Shown: piece after piece, positions 43,392-53,900 of the stretch
Layout: each line of letters opens with the position of its first letter
Numbering within the stretch: the first letter of the stretch is position 1
NCBI GenBank assembly: GCA_964291215.2
Contig: OZ219791.1
Coordinates: 1,632,001 to 1,696,000 of the forward strand
DNA from: Alphaproteobacteria bacterium
GTDB taxonomy: Bacteria; Pseudomonadota; Alphaproteobacteria; MPNO01; UBA830
Direction of reading: 5' to 3'
Length of the DNA: 64,000 nucleotides
Program-made: the position numbers and the translations under genes
The notes under the pieces: model-generated
The model's input: the letters and a program-made list of their open reading frames with translations, nothing else
What the model was told of the DNA's origin: nothing
The model's database searches: none

Positions 43392-46184
43392 ATGTCTCGG
43401 ATTTTCCAACCCCGCCGGATTATCGACCGGGCGGCCCTGTCGGCGAGGCTTGACCGGATGCTCGCCGACGGCACCGCGCCGCAGCAGATGCGTCAGGAGT
43501 TTTTTGACCTGCTGAAGGCGTCGGACGACGCCGGCAGGTTCGAGATACGACGCCGCTTGGAGGCCGGAGAGGCCGACGGCGAGCAGTCGGCCCGGGCGCT
43601 GGCGTTTCTTGCTGATCAGACCATCCGGTTGATTTACGACTTCGCCACCGGTCACGTCTATCCGGCCGCCAATCCCAGCGCCGGGGAACGGCTCTGCGTT
43701 GCCGCGGTCGGCGGCTACGGTCGCGCCGAACTTGCGCCCCATTCCGACATCGATCTCCTGTTTCTCCGGCCTTACAAGATCACGGCGCGCCAGGAACAGG
43801 TCATTGAATATGTGCTCTACATGTTATGGGACCTCAAGCACAAGGTCGGCCATGCCGTGCGCTCGATCGACGAATGCCTGCGCTTGTCCGAAACCGACCT
43901 GACGATCAGCACGGCGCTGCTCGAGGCGCGCTACCTGTGGGGAGACCGTCCGCTGTTCGATGCATTGCGGGAGCGTTTCCGGATCTCGGTCACGGAAAAG
44001 ACCGGGCCCGAGTTCGTCGAGGCCAAGCTGGCGGAGCGCGACGCCCGCCATCGCCGGACCGGAGATTCGCGTTACGTCCTCGAGCCCGACGTCAAGGAGG
44101 GAAAGGGCGGCCTGCGGGATCTCCAGACGCTGTACTGGATCAGCAAGTTCCTCTACCGGATCGACGATGTCGACAAGCTCATCGACCTCGGGGTTCTCAC
44201 CGAGGAGGAGGTGAGCCGCTTTTCCCGCGCCTGCGGGTTCATGTGGAATGTCCGGTGCCATCTCCACTATCTCGCGGGACGCGGCGAGAATCGCCTGATC
44301 TTCGACGCACAGCCCGAGATCGCGGCGCGGCTGGGCTATCGCGACCGTGTGGGCATGCGCGGCGTCGAGCGGTTCATGAAGCACTACTATCTGGTTGCCA
44401 AGGAGATCGGCGACCTCACACGGATTTTCTGTGCCGCGCTCGAGGCCGAGCACAAGCGCACCCCGCGGTTCCGTCTGCCGTCGCTTGGCCGGTCCCGCAA
44501 AGCCCCCGATGGCCTCGTGTTCGACGGCGACCGGCTGTCGTTTGCGCCCGGGCGGGAGCTTGCAGACGATCCCGTCAAGATCCTCGAACTGTTTCACTTT
44601 GCCCAGGCCAACGGGCGCGACATCCATCCCAACGCGCTCAGGTCAGTTACCCGGAATCTCGCGGCCGTCGACGCGATCCGCGACGACGAGACCGCCAACC
44701 GGCTGTTCGTCGAAATGCTGACGTCGCGGAACGATCCGGAAACGACGCTGCGACGCCTCAGCGAGGCCGGCGTTTTCGGCCGTTTCGTTCCCGATTTCGG
44801 GCGCGTCATCGCCCAGATGCAGCATGACATGTATCACGTCTACACAGTCGACGAGCACACCGTGTTCGCGATCGGAGTCCTGTCAGGGATCGAAGACGGC
44901 CGTTTCGTCGAGGAGATGCCGGTCATCTCGGAGGTCGTGCACAGGATCCATTCGCGCCGGGCACTCTATGTCGCGCTGTTGCTGCACGACATCGCGAAGG
45001 GCAGGGGCGGCGACCATTCGGAACTGGGCGCTGACGTCGCGCACGAACTGTGCCCGAGGTTCGGGCTCAGCGATGAGGAGACCGACACCGTCGCGTGGCT
45101 TGTGCGCTACCACCTGCTGATGAGCAACACCGCGTTCCGCCGCGAGATCAATGATCCCAAGACGGTCGCCGATTTCTGCTCGGTCGTGCAGTCTGTCGAA
45201 CGGTTGCGCCTGCTCCTCGTCCTGACGGTCGCCGACATCCGTGCAGTCGGTCCGAATGTCTGGAACGGGTGGAAGGCGGCGCTGCTGCGGGAACTCTACC
45301 AGGTTGCTGAAGAGCGCCTGACAGGCGTGCGTGAATCGGAGGCCGCGGAGGCGCGCGTCGTCCAGGCGCAGGCGGTGCTGAGGGAACGGGTTTCCGACCT
45401 GCCGGAGCCTGAGCTCGACGCCCATGTTGCGCGCTGCACGTCCTTCTACTGGCAGTCCTTCGACGCCGAAACCCATGCCCGCCATGCCCGCCTCGCCTGT
45501 GAGGCGGGTCTTCAGTCCGACGATCTGACGATCAGATCCCGCGTCGATCACGGGCGTTCGGCCACCGAGATCACCGTCTACGGGCCCGACCACCCCAGCC
45601 TGTTTACGCGGATTACCGGAGCGATGGCAGTGCGCGGCGCAAATATCGTGGATGCGAGGATCTTCACGACCAGCGACGGGATGGCGCTCGATACCTTCTG
45701 GATACAGGACGACGGCGGCCAGGCCTTCGACCAGCCGGACAGACTCGCGAGGCTGAGCGCCTCGATCGAACAGGCGCTTTCGGGCTTGCTGCGGCCGCGG
45801 GACGAACTTGGCCGTGCATCGCCGATGTTGAGCCGGACGAGCGTCTTCAAAGTCGCCCCCCGGGTGTCGATCGACAACGAGCTCAGCCGCACCCATACCG
45901 TTATCGAAATCGACGCTCGAGACCGGCCGGGGCTTCTCTACGACATTGCCCGTGCCATGACCTCGCTCAACCTCCGGCTGTCGTCGGCGCATGTCACGAC
46001 ATTCGGCGAGACGGCGGCCGATGTCTTCTATGTCAAGGATATCTTCGGACTGCAGATCACCCACGAAATCAAGCTTGAGCGGGTTCGCGAAACCCTGCTT
46101 GCGGCAATCACCGACGATGATCCCGCTTCCGGGACCGGTGAACGGCCGCCCGGCCGGGAAGTGGTGGCGAACGCGGCCGAATAG
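43392..46184 (+). CDS. glnD: [Protein-PII] uridylyltransferase GlnD
   Basis: AVGGYGRAEL.PHSDIDL, EPDVKEGKGGLRD, YHVYTVDEH, LLHDIAKG, two ACT domains. Confidence 0.97.
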   Translation: MSRIFQPRRIIDRAALSARLDRMLADGTAPQQMRQEFFDLLKASDDAGRFEIRRRLEAGEADGEQSARALAFLADQTIRLIYDFATGHVYPAANPSAGERLCVAAVGGYGRAELAPHSDIDLLFLRPYKITARQEQVIEYVLYMLWDLKHKVGHAVRSIDECLRLSETDLTISTALLEARYLWGDRPLFDALRERFRISVTEKTGPEFVEAKLAERDARHRRTGDSRYVLEPDVKEGKGGLRDLQTLYWISKFLYRIDDVDKLIDLGVLTEEEVSRFSRACGFMWNVRCHLHYLAGRGENRLIFDAQPEIAARLGYRDRVGMRGVERFMKHYYLVAKEIGDLTRIFCAALEAEHKRTPRFRLPSLGRSRKAPDGLVFDGDRLSFAPGRELADDPVKILELFHFAQANGRDIHPNALRSVTRNLAAVDAIRDDETANRLFVEMLTSRNDPETTLRRLSEAGVFGRFVPDFGRVIAQMQHDMYHVYTVDEHTVFAIGVLSGIEDGRFVEEMPVISEVVHRIHSRRALYVALLLHDIAKGRGGDHSELGADVAHELCPRFGLSDEETDTVAWLVRYHLLMSNTAFRREINDPKTVADFCSVVQSVERLRLLLVLTVADIRAVGPNVWNGWKAALLRELYQVAEERLTGVRESEAAEARVVQAQAVLRERVSDLPEPELDAHVARCTSFYWQSFDAETHARHARLACEAGLQSDDLTIRSRVDHGRSATEITVYGPDHPSLFTRITGAMAVRGANIVDARIFTTSDGMALDTFWIQDDGGQAFDQPDRLARLSASIEQALSGLLRPRDELGRASPMLSRTSVFKVAPRVSIDNELSRTHTVIEIDARDRPGLLYDIARAMTSLNLRLSSAHVTTFGETAADVFYVKDIFGLQITHEIKLERVRETLLAAITDDDPASGTGERPPGREVVANAAE

Positions 46185-46266
46185 GTCCGGGCAACGCGCA
46201 ATGCCGCTCCTTCCGGCCCGCGAAGACCCGCCGCGCCGCGCCCCACCCGACATGCGCCTCCGCAGG

Positions 46267-47835
46267 ATGTCCCTGCTTCGCCCGATCTTCACTGTGAGCG
46301 GCTACACGATGATCAGCCGCGTGCTGGGGTTCGTGCGCGACATCCTGATTGCGGCCATCCTCGGAGCGGGCCCGGTCGCCGATGCCTTCTTCGTGGCCTT
46401 CAAGCTGCCGAATTTCTTTCGCAGGCTCTTTGCTGAGGGCGCGTTCAATGCCGCCTTCGTTCCGCTTTTCACGGGACACATGACAAGGGACGGGCGCGAG
46501 GCGGCATGCCGCTTTGCCGAAGAGGTGCTGGCGGTCTTCGTCGCGGCGCTACTTCTGCTGGTGACCGCGCTGCAGGTGACGGCGCCCTGGCTTATGCATG
46601 TCTTTGCCCCCGGTCTTGCCGCTGATCCCTACAGGTTCGAACTTGCCGTCGCGCTGGCGCAGATCACCTTTCCCTACCTGTTGCTCATTTCCGTGGTTTC
46701 GCAGCTCGGCGGCGTTCTCAACGCGCTCGACCGGTTCGCGGCGGCGGCGGCGGCGCCGATCATTCTCAATCTTTGCCTGATCGCCGCGATCCTCGTGCTG
46801 TCGCCGCTGGTGGAAACGCCGGGCCACGCGCTTGCCTGGGGGGTGGCAGCGGCAGGCGCGGCACAGATGGTGTGGCTGGTTGCCGCCTGCACCCGGGCAG
46901 GGCTAAATCTGCGGCTGGTGCGGCCGCGGCTAACACCCCGGGTCCGGCGTATGCTTGTGTTGTTCGTGCCCGGCGCGCTCGGCGCCGGCGTCGTGCAGCT
47001 GAATTTGCTGATCGACATCCTGATCGCGTCCTTCCTGCCGCGCGGGTCGCTGTCGTATCTCTACTATGCGGACCGTGTGAACCAGCTTCCCCTCGGTGTG
47101 GTCGGTGTTGCGGTCGGAACGGCGCTGCTCCCGCTCCTGTCGCGCCAGCTGCGCGACGGCAGCGAGACCGAGGCGGCGGCGATGATGAACCGGGCACTCG
47201 AGATCGCGCTCCTGTTGACGCTGCCGGCCGCGGCGGCGCTCCTCGTGATTTCGGAACCGGTGGTCGCCGTGCTGTTCGAGCGCGGCGTGTTCACAGCCGC
47301 AGAGACTGCCGCCACCGCAGCGGCGCTTGTCGCCTATGCCACCGGCCTGCCGGCCTATGTGCTGATCAAGGTGGCAGCGCCCGGCTTCTTTGCCCGCGAA
47401 GACACGGTCACCCCGGTCAAGCTTGCCGGGCTGTGCGTCGCCGTCAATCTGGCTCTGAACCTTGTCCTCATGGGACCGTTGCAGCATGTCGGAATCGCAC
47501 TTGCGACATCGGTATCGGCGTGGATCAATGCCGGGCTGCTGCTGTTCGTCCTCATGCGCCGCGGGCATTTCGTTTTCGATGCGCGCCTGCTGCGATCGCT
47601 GCCGAGGATCCTGATCGCCTGTGCAGCGATGGCGGTGGCGTTGTGGACGGCGGAGCTTGCCCTGTCCGCCTTCGCTGCAGCCGATGTCTGGCAGCGTGCG
47701 CTTGCGCTGGCCGTTCTGATCGCTCTCGGACTTGCCTCCTTTGCCGGCGGATGCGTCCTGTTCGGCGCGGTGCCGATTGCCGAGCTTCGGGCATACGGAG
47801 CCCGTATCCGATTGCTGACGCGGATGCGGATCTGA
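46267..47835 (+). CDS. murJ: Lipid II flippase MurJ (MviN)
   Basis: SRVLGFVRD, AFKLPNFFRRLFAEGAF, YYADRVNQLPLG. Confidence 0.96.
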   Translation: MSLLRPIFTVSGYTMISRVLGFVRDILIAAILGAGPVADAFFVAFKLPNFFRRLFAEGAFNAAFVPLFTGHMTRDGREAACRFAEEVLAVFVAALLLLVTALQVTAPWLMHVFAPGLAADPYRFELAVALAQITFPYLLLISVVSQLGGVLNALDRFAAAAAAPIILNLCLIAAILVLSPLVETPGHALAWGVAAAGAAQMVWLVAACTRAGLNLRLVRPRLTPRVRRMLVLFVPGALGAGVVQLNLLIDILIASFLPRGSLSYLYYADRVNQLPLGVVGVAVGTALLPLLSRQLRDGSETEAAAMMNRALEIALLLTLPAAAALLVISEPVVAVLFERGVFTAAETAATAAALVAYATGLPAYVLIKVAAPGFFAREDTVTPVKLAGLCVAVNLALNLVLMGPLQHVGIALATSVSAWINAGLLLFVLMRRGHFVFDARLLRSLPRILIACAAMAVALWTAELALSAFAAADVWQRALALAVLIALGLASFAGGCVLFGAVPIAELRAYGARIRLLTRMRI

Positions 47836-47907
47836 AGCGGCAGACCTGGGCGGCCGTCGGATACGAGCTGTGTTGCAGAGGGTCCGGCTTTGGGGTCTGA
47901 TGGGTCT

Positions 47908-48972
47908 ATGGAATTCGGCATAAACATCGCGCCTGCGGCGGATTCTTGGAAGATCGTGCAACGCGCCGAGGAACTCGGCTTCGATCATGCGTGGTTCATC
48001 GATTCTCCGCTGATAAACGCGGATCTGTTCGTCTCCATGGCGGCAGCGGCGATGAGGACCGAGCGCATCCGCCTCGGCACGGGGGTGTTGATTCCGTCCA
48101 ACCGGCTGGCGCCGGTGGCCGCGAGTGCGCTCGCAAGCCTCAACGCCCTGGCGCCCGGTCGCGTGGATTTCGGGGTCGGAACCGGCTTTACCGGCCGGCG
48201 CACGCTGGGCGTGGGGCCGATGAAGCTGCAGGCGGTGTTCGACTACATCGAACAGGTATGCACGCTGCTTTCGGGTGGGATCGCCGATGTCGAGGTCGAG
48301 GGTGCGCTCCGTCCGACGGGGTTCACCAATCCCGAACTTGGCCTCATCAATCTTGAGGATCCGATACCCGTGCACGTCTCGGCCTTCGGCCCGAGAGGCC
48401 GCCGCATGATCGCCGCGCACGGCTACGGCTGGACCAACTCGGTGGCGTCGCTGGCAGGCGCCGAAGCCGCGATGGCCGACATGAAGCGGGCGTGGGGCGA
48501 GGCCGGACGCGAACCTGCCGATCTCCACGCCAATGCGAGCAGCGGCGGCGCCGTGCTGGAGACGGCGGGAGACTGGGACACGGAGTATATGAAGGCGCAG
48601 GCCGGGCCGTCGGCGGCGATCCTTCTTCACAACCTCGCCGAGGAACGGGAATTTGGCTCCATCTCGGCCTCGCCGCCGCCCGAACTGGCCGAGCGGCTCG
48701 CCTCGTACATGGATGTCTACCGGCGCTACGAGCCGGCCCGTACAAGATATCTCGCGAACCATCGGCACCATCTCATGGCGGTGCGGCCCGAGGAAGCGCA
48801 TCTGATCACCGGCGATTTCATCCGTGCCGCGACGCTCTCGGGGACGAGGGAGGAGTTGCGCGACAGCATCCGGGCGCTCGCCGCCATGGGGTATCGGCGC
48901 TTCAGCGTCCACATTCGCGCCGTGCTGCCGGAGATGGTGGAGAGCTGGGCGGAGGTGATCGCGGCCGTGTGA
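47908..48972 (+). CDS. LLM-class flavin-dependent oxidoreductase
   Basis: AEELGFDHAW, TERIRLGTGV, APGRVDFGVGTG. Confidence 0.9.
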   Translation: MEFGINIAPAADSWKIVQRAEELGFDHAWFIDSPLINADLFVSMAAAAMRTERIRLGTGVLIPSNRLAPVAASALASLNALAPGRVDFGVGTGFTGRRTLGVGPMKLQAVFDYIEQVCTLLSGGIADVEVEGALRPTGFTNPELGLINLEDPIPVHVSAFGPRGRRMIAAHGYGWTNSVASLAGAEAAMADMKRAWGEAGREPADLHANASSGGAVLETAGDWDTEYMKAQAGPSAAILLHNLAEEREFGSISASPPPELAERLASYMDVYRRYEPARTRYLANHRHHLMAVRPEEAHLITGDFIRAATLSGTREELRDSIRALAAMGYRRFSVHIRAVLPEMVESWAEVIAAV

Positions 48973-49089
48973 CGGGAGGGGCCTGGCCGCCACGCTGCCG
49001 TTTTTGCAATTCGGGCGCCGCCGTGATTGGTTCACGTGCCGTGCGCGGCGCGGGACAGCCGCCGCGCAGATTGCTACCTGGAGACGGTC

Positions 49090-49887
49090 ATGCTTGAACT
49101 CTACCACAACGGGATGTCGTCTTGCGCCCAGAAGGTGCGGTTGGCGCTTGCCGAGAAAGGCCTCGACTGGGAGGGACATCATCTTGACCTCCGGGCCGGC
49201 GAGACCCGCACGCCGCAATATCTTCGGCTCAATCCGCGGGGCGTCGTGCCCACGCTCGTGCATGACAGGCGGGTGGTTCGCGAATCCAACGTCATTCTCG
49301 AATATCTCGACGACATCTTTCCGGATCCGCCGCTGCGTCCCGGAGATGCCTGGACGAGGGCGCAGGTCCGGTTGTGGAACAAGCGCCTTGACGAAGGGCA
49401 TCATGACATCGCCACGGCCACGGTCAGTTCCGCGATCGCGTTTCGCCATCAGTTTCTGGCGCTCGGCGAGGCAGCGTGCGAGGCGGCGCTCGCGAGCGTC
49501 TCCGATCCCGAGAAGCGCGAGCAGCGCCGCGACCTGATCCGGAACGGAACGGCTTCGCCCCGGTTTCGGACAGCGGTTCGGATGTGGGTCTTGCTGCTCC
49601 GGGACATGGAGGCGGCGCTCGGCGAGACCACATGGCTCGCCGGTGACAGATATTCGATTGCGGATGCAGCCTATACACCTTACCTCACGCGGCTCGACCA
49701 CCTCCGAATGTTGGGGCTGATCGACGGCAAGCCGAGGCTTGCGGACTGGTACGAGCGGATTCGCGCCCGTCCGAGCTACGAGATGGCGATGATGCGCTGG
49801 TTCGATCCCAAATATCTCGTGCTCATGGCGGAGAAGGGCGACGAGGAGTGGCCACTCGTTGCGGAAATCGCCGCCGAGGCAGTATGA
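49090..49887 (+). CDS. Glutathione S-transferase family protein
   Basis: SSCAQKVRLAL, LNPRGVVPTL, ESNVILEYLD, WLAGDRYSIAD. Confidence 0.92.
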   Translation: MLELYHNGMSSCAQKVRLALAEKGLDWEGHHLDLRAGETRTPQYLRLNPRGVVPTLVHDRRVVRESNVILEYLDDIFPDPPLRPGDAWTRAQVRLWNKRLDEGHHDIATATVSSAIAFRHQFLALGEAACEAALASVSDPEKREQRRDLIRNGTASPRFRTAVRMWVLLLRDMEAALGETTWLAGDRYSIADAAYTPYLTRLDHLRMLGLIDGKPRLADWYERIRARPSYEMAMMRWFDPKYLVLMAEKGDEEWPLVAEIAAEAV

Positions 49888-49942
49888 GCGCGCTTGGCGC
49901 GATTTTGCGCCCGGCGGCCGCTGGCGCTATACAGACTGCCAT

Positions 49943-50259
49943 GCGGGCGTGGCGAAATCGGTAGACGCAACGGACTTGGGGCCTGCTTGAGTGCGCGCGC
50001 GGAAACGCGCGACGTAGAACTGCTCAAATTCGGGGAAACCTGTCAGATGGCAATCCCGAGCCAAGCCCGGGCGGCGACTGATCGGCCGGGAAGGTGTAGA
50101 GACTAGACGGGCAGCGCCTAAGGCATGCGCTAGGGCGAAGGGATAGTCCAGACCACAAACCTGTCCCTCAAGATCGGGGCGGGGCGGCGAAAGCCGTAGA
50201 TGGTATGAAAATCCGTTGGGCGTATGCCCGTGGGGGTTCGAGTCCCCCCGCCCGCACCA
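49943..50259 (+). tRNA. trnL: tRNA-Leu(UAA), intron-containing (exons 49943-49977 and 50208-50259)
   Basis: Acceptor stem GCGGGCG/CGCCCGC plus ACCA; spliced anticodon arm ACGGA-CTTAAAA-TCCGT; long variable arm; T-arm GGGGG-TTCGAGT-CCCCC. Confidence 0.95.
49978..50207 (+). ncRNA. Group I self-splicing intron (IC3-like), 230 nt, no ORF
   Basis: Follows U, ends in G; P1 ACUU/GAGU; core P AAATTCGGGGAA, Q AATCCCGAGC, R GTAGAGACTAGA, S AAGGGATAGTCC. Confidence 0.93.
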
Positions 50260-50397
50260 GCGCCTTCGTGGTTCGTGCTGGACGCTTTCGGGGCGGCGTT
50301 TCCGTCGTCCTCCGGTTCCGTTTCCAAACGCCTCCGCGGTGCCGGGCGTGGTTCCGGCCGACACATGCGGCGGATCAGGGCAGCAAGAGGATTGAAG

Positions 50398-51885
50398 ATG
50401 AGCAGTGACTGGGACGTGATCGTGGTAGGCGGCGGCAACGCCGCATTCTGCGCCGCTCTGGCGGCGCGCGAGCAAGGGGCTTCGGTCGTCATGCTTGAGG
50501 CTGCGCCTGAGGACGAGGCGGGCGGCAACAGCCGCTTTACCGCCGGCGCCATGCGCGTTGCCTATGGCGGGGTCGAGGACATCCTGAAGCTGGTTCCCGA
50601 TCTCTCCGAGACCGAGATCGAGACCACGGATTTCGGATCCTACACCAAGGATCAGTTCTTCGACGACATGGCGCGCGTGACGCAATACCGGTCCGATCCG
50701 GAACTCGTCGATCGGCTGGTGACCGGGAGCCTCGATACGCTGATCTGGATGCGCGAGAAGGGCGTCCGATTCGTTCCCATCTACGGGCGCCAGGCCTTCA
50801 AGATCGATGGCAAGTTCAAGTTCTGGGGCGGGCTCACGGTCGAGACCGTCGGCGGCGGCCCCGGCCTCATCGACATGTGGACCGGCATCGCGAAGCGCGA
50901 GGGGATAGAAGTCCTCTACGAGCACCGGGTGCTCGACCTCCTCCGAGATGACGACCGCGTCAGCGGCGTGAAGGCCCGCCATGACGGGGAGACCGTCGAA
51001 TTCTCGGCAGGGACAGTGGTGCTCGCCTGCGGCGGCTTCGAGGCCAACGCCGAGTGGCGTACCCGTTATCTGGGCCCCGGCTGGGATCTTGCCAAGGTGC
51101 GCGGGACCCGTTTCAACACCGGGGACGGAATCCGCATGGCGCTCGACATCGGGGCCAGCCCCTTCGGAAACTGGTCCGGCTGCCATGCCGTCGGCTGGGA
51201 AATGAATGCGCCGGAATTCGGCGACCTTGCGGTCGGCGACCAGTTCCAGAAACACTCCTACCCGTTCGCCATCATGGTCAACGCGACGGGTCGGCGTTTC
51301 GTCGACGAAGGCGCGGATTTCCGCAACTACACCTATGCCCGTTACGGCCGCGTGATCCTTGAACAGCCGGGGCAGTTCGCGTGGCAGATCTTTGACCAGA
51401 AGGTCAAGCACCTGCAGCGCGACGAATACAATATCCGCCAGATTACCAAGGTGACGGCCGATACGATCGAGGAGTTGGCGGACAAGCTCGACGGCGTAGA
51501 TTCGGGAGCATTTGTCGACGAGATCGCCCGTTACAACGCTGCGGTCCGCCAGGATGTTGAATTCAATCCCAACGTCAAGGACGGACGACGCACCGAGGGT
51601 CTCGCTGTAGACAAGAGCAACTGGGCCAATACCATCGACGAGCCGCCCTATGAGGGGTACGCCGTCACCTGCGGCGTGACCTTCACGTTCGGGGGGCTCC
51701 GCATCAACGAGGAAGGCGAAGTGCTCGATACCGATCACAAGCCGATTCGCGGCCTGTTCGCGGCCGGCGAACTCGTCGGCGGCCTCTTCTATTTCAACTA
51801 TCCGGGTGGGAGCGGGCTGACCTCGGGTTCCGTGTTCGGGCGTCTCGCTGGCGCCTCGGCCGCCCGCCGCGCCACTGACAACTGA
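50398..51885 (+). CDS. tcuA: FAD-dependent tricarballylate dehydrogenase TcuA-like protein
   Basis: VVGGGNAAFCAA, GGNSRFT, GGFEAN, GRRFVDEGAD, GVTFTFGG, NYPGGSGLTSG; no tcuB next to it. Confidence 0.8.
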   Translation: MSSDWDVIVVGGGNAAFCAALAAREQGASVVMLEAAPEDEAGGNSRFTAGAMRVAYGGVEDILKLVPDLSETEIETTDFGSYTKDQFFDDMARVTQYRSDPELVDRLVTGSLDTLIWMREKGVRFVPIYGRQAFKIDGKFKFWGGLTVETVGGGPGLIDMWTGIAKREGIEVLYEHRVLDLLRDDDRVSGVKARHDGETVEFSAGTVVLACGGFEANAEWRTRYLGPGWDLAKVRGTRFNTGDGIRMALDIGASPFGNWSGCHAVGWEMNAPEFGDLAVGDQFQKHSYPFAIMVNATGRRFVDEGADFRNYTYARYGRVILEQPGQFAWQIFDQKVKHLQRDEYNIRQITKVTADTIEELADKLDGVDSGAFVDEIARYNAAVRQDVEFNPNVKDGRRTEGLAVDKSNWANTIDEPPYEGYAVTCGVTFTFGGLRINEEGEVLDTDHKPIRGLFAAGELVGGLFYFNYPGGSGLTSGSVFGRLAGASAARRATDN

Positions 51886-51915
51886 ACCACCGGCCTCCGG
51901 GCGGAGCCGGATGCC

Positions 51916-52446
51916 GTGAAAAGGCTCTATCTGCTTCGTCATGCGAAGTCGTCCTGGGGCGATCCTGGGCTTGACGATCACGAACGACCGCTGTCGCCGC
52001 GGGGTCATCGCGCAGCGCCGCTTGTCGGTGCCCACATGGCCCGGGAGGCCTACCACCCGGATCTGGCGCTGTGCTCGCCGGCGCACCGCGCGCATGCGAC
52101 CTGGTCGCATGTCCGCGACATCCTCGATTGCGAGATTGACGAGGAGATCCGCCGTGACGTCTATCTGGCATCCCTGTGCGAACTCTTCATCCTTGTTCGT
52201 TCCATCGAGGATCGCTACGCCAGCGCCATCGTCATAGGGCACAATCCGGGCATGGCCGAATTTGCCATTGAGTTGACGGGTGGCCTCTCTAGGGACGAGA
52301 AGATGGCCACCTTCGGAAAATATCCGACAGGGGCGCTGGCGGTATTCGACCTTGCCGCCGATGGCTGGCAGGAAACTGCGCCCGGTGGATGCCGCCTGGT
52401 CGAATTCGTCCGTCCGTCCGATCTCGAAACGATACCGGATCGGTAA
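51916..52446 (+). CDS. sixA: Histidine phosphatase, SixA-like
   Basis: LLRHAKSSW, DHERPL, VIGHNPG. Confidence 0.85.
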   Translation: MKRLYLLRHAKSSWGDPGLDDHERPLSPRGHRAAPLVGAHMAREAYHPDLALCSPAHRAHATWSHVRDILDCEIDEEIRRDVYLASLCELFILVRSIEDRYASAIVIGHNPGMAEFAIELTGGLSRDEKMATFGKYPTGALAVFDLAADGWQETAPGGCRLVEFVRPSDLETIPDR

Positions 52447-52701
52447 TCATTGTCCGGCTGGCGGTGCGCGCCCAATGGTTCCGGATCGATCGATCCTGGC
52501 CCGTGTATTTCAGTAAGCCGTGGAAAGGCGCGTTTTCTGGCGGGCGGGAACCCGACCCAACAACTGTCGCTCCGGTACAACGGAAACCTTGTCGTACAGT
52601 TTCACACCCAGCTTGTTGGCGGCAGGCTGAAAAATTATCATCATCAGCGCCCGCCGCTGGCCTTTCGCCGTGCTGCCCAACGAGTGTTGTCGGTTGGATA
52701 A

Positions 52702-53302
52702 AACGGCGGGATTTCGGCGATTCGCCGCGCTTTTCAGGATCGTGTTTCTTTGCTGTTGTCAGGTCCTGTTGTCGCGGTTTCAGTGTTTGTCTGTTTGTCT
52801 CTGTGAATGCCGCCCGTTTTCTTCCCTGTTGTCGTTTCGGTCCGGTTCCGGTTTTTCTGCCGGCATGTGATCCGGGCTTCTGAGGGTTGTCGGGAGGGTT
52901 CTGGTGTTTCGTGGGATCGTCTGCCTTTCCTGTCGCCCGGGTCCTGTTGTCCGGGCCCGGGGCGCCCTCGCGACGCCAGCACCAACAGATCAGCATCGCC
53001 GCAAGAAGCCTTTCCAACGTCAGGACCATCGTCCTCGCGCAGGACCAAGACGAGGCCGGAGAACGTCAGGCCGAAACCCTGCGCACAAGGATGAAGGTTC
53101 CCCCTCGCGTCACGCTCCACAGACGCCGACCGCCAGAAAACGCCGACTGGAACGACATCATCAACACCAGAGCACAGGACCCGACAACAGGCAAAAAACG
53201 AAGACCGCGCGGCCTCTTGTCAACGCCGCACGTCCTTGTACCCGTGTTTGCCCAATCCACACACCGCTCAAAAGCGCGGTTCTCCGCCGAAATCCCGCCG
53301 TT
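52702..53302. repeat. Degenerate long inverted repeat enclosing a Toprim-like fragment
   Basis: AACGGCGGGATTTCGGCG-N5-CCGCGCTTTT at 52702-52734 and its reverse complement at 53270-53302; inside on +: IVLAQDQDEAGERQA...RRRPPENADWNDII. Confidence 0.6.
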
Positions 53303-53367
53303 CTGAATCGCCGCCGACAACGAGCGATCTCTCCATCACCTGAATCAGCGGCCGGTGTCATCGGCAC

Positions 53368-53673
53368 CTAACCGGTTGCGTGCAGGCCCGTTCCGGCATC
53401 CAGCGTCGGCAGCTGAGCGATCTTCGCCCCGTTCTTCTGTTCCGCATACCGCAGTTCGTAGAGCTTCTGGAGGTTGAGCCAGGACTCCCCCGAGGAGCCG
53501 AAGATGTGTCCCAAACGCTGGGCGGTATCGCCGGTGACGGACCGCCGACCATCGAGAATCTCGGCGATGCGGTTTGCCGGCACTTCGATCTGCCGCGCCA
53601 ACTCCGCCGCGTTCATGCCGAGAGCGTCGAGGTCCTCGCGCAACGTCTCGCCGGGATGGATGGGTTCACGCAT
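53368..53673 (-). CDS. higA: HigA-family antitoxin
   Basis: PIHPGETLREDL, HTH, SWLNLQKLYEL. Confidence 0.92.
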   Translation of the reverse strand: MREPIHPGETLREDLDALGMNAAELARQIEVPANRIAEILDGRRSVTGDTAQRLGHIFGSSGESWLNLQKLYELRYAEQKNGAKIAQLPTLDAGTGLHATG

Positions 53674-53686
53674 GTCAAACCTCTTC

Positions 53687-53900
53687 TCAATGGAAGTCGA
53701 CGATTTCCACCTCGGTCGGGCCGGGGCTGCCTTCAGGCGATTTGAATCAGATCTGCCACTGGTTTGTTGATGCGAGTGCTCGACGGCCCCCTGCGCCGCC
53801 CTCGATCGCCTTCAGACGATTGTCGGGACGCGCCAAGTTACCCAGGTGCGCGGCGGCATCGAACTGGTCGAGCTTGTAGGAAGCGCCGCAGGCAAAACTC
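53687..53900 (-). pseudogene. higB: HigB-family toxin remnant
   Basis: KLDQFDAA...DNRLKAIEG...QWQI*F...EVEIVDFH directly upstream of higA; internal stop, degraded 5' end. Confidence 0.75.

Noticed and set aside
46930-52242. Long minus-strand ORFs of 923 aa and 771 aa
   Set aside because: They overlap clearly identified plus-strand genes and the tRNA; shadow frames.
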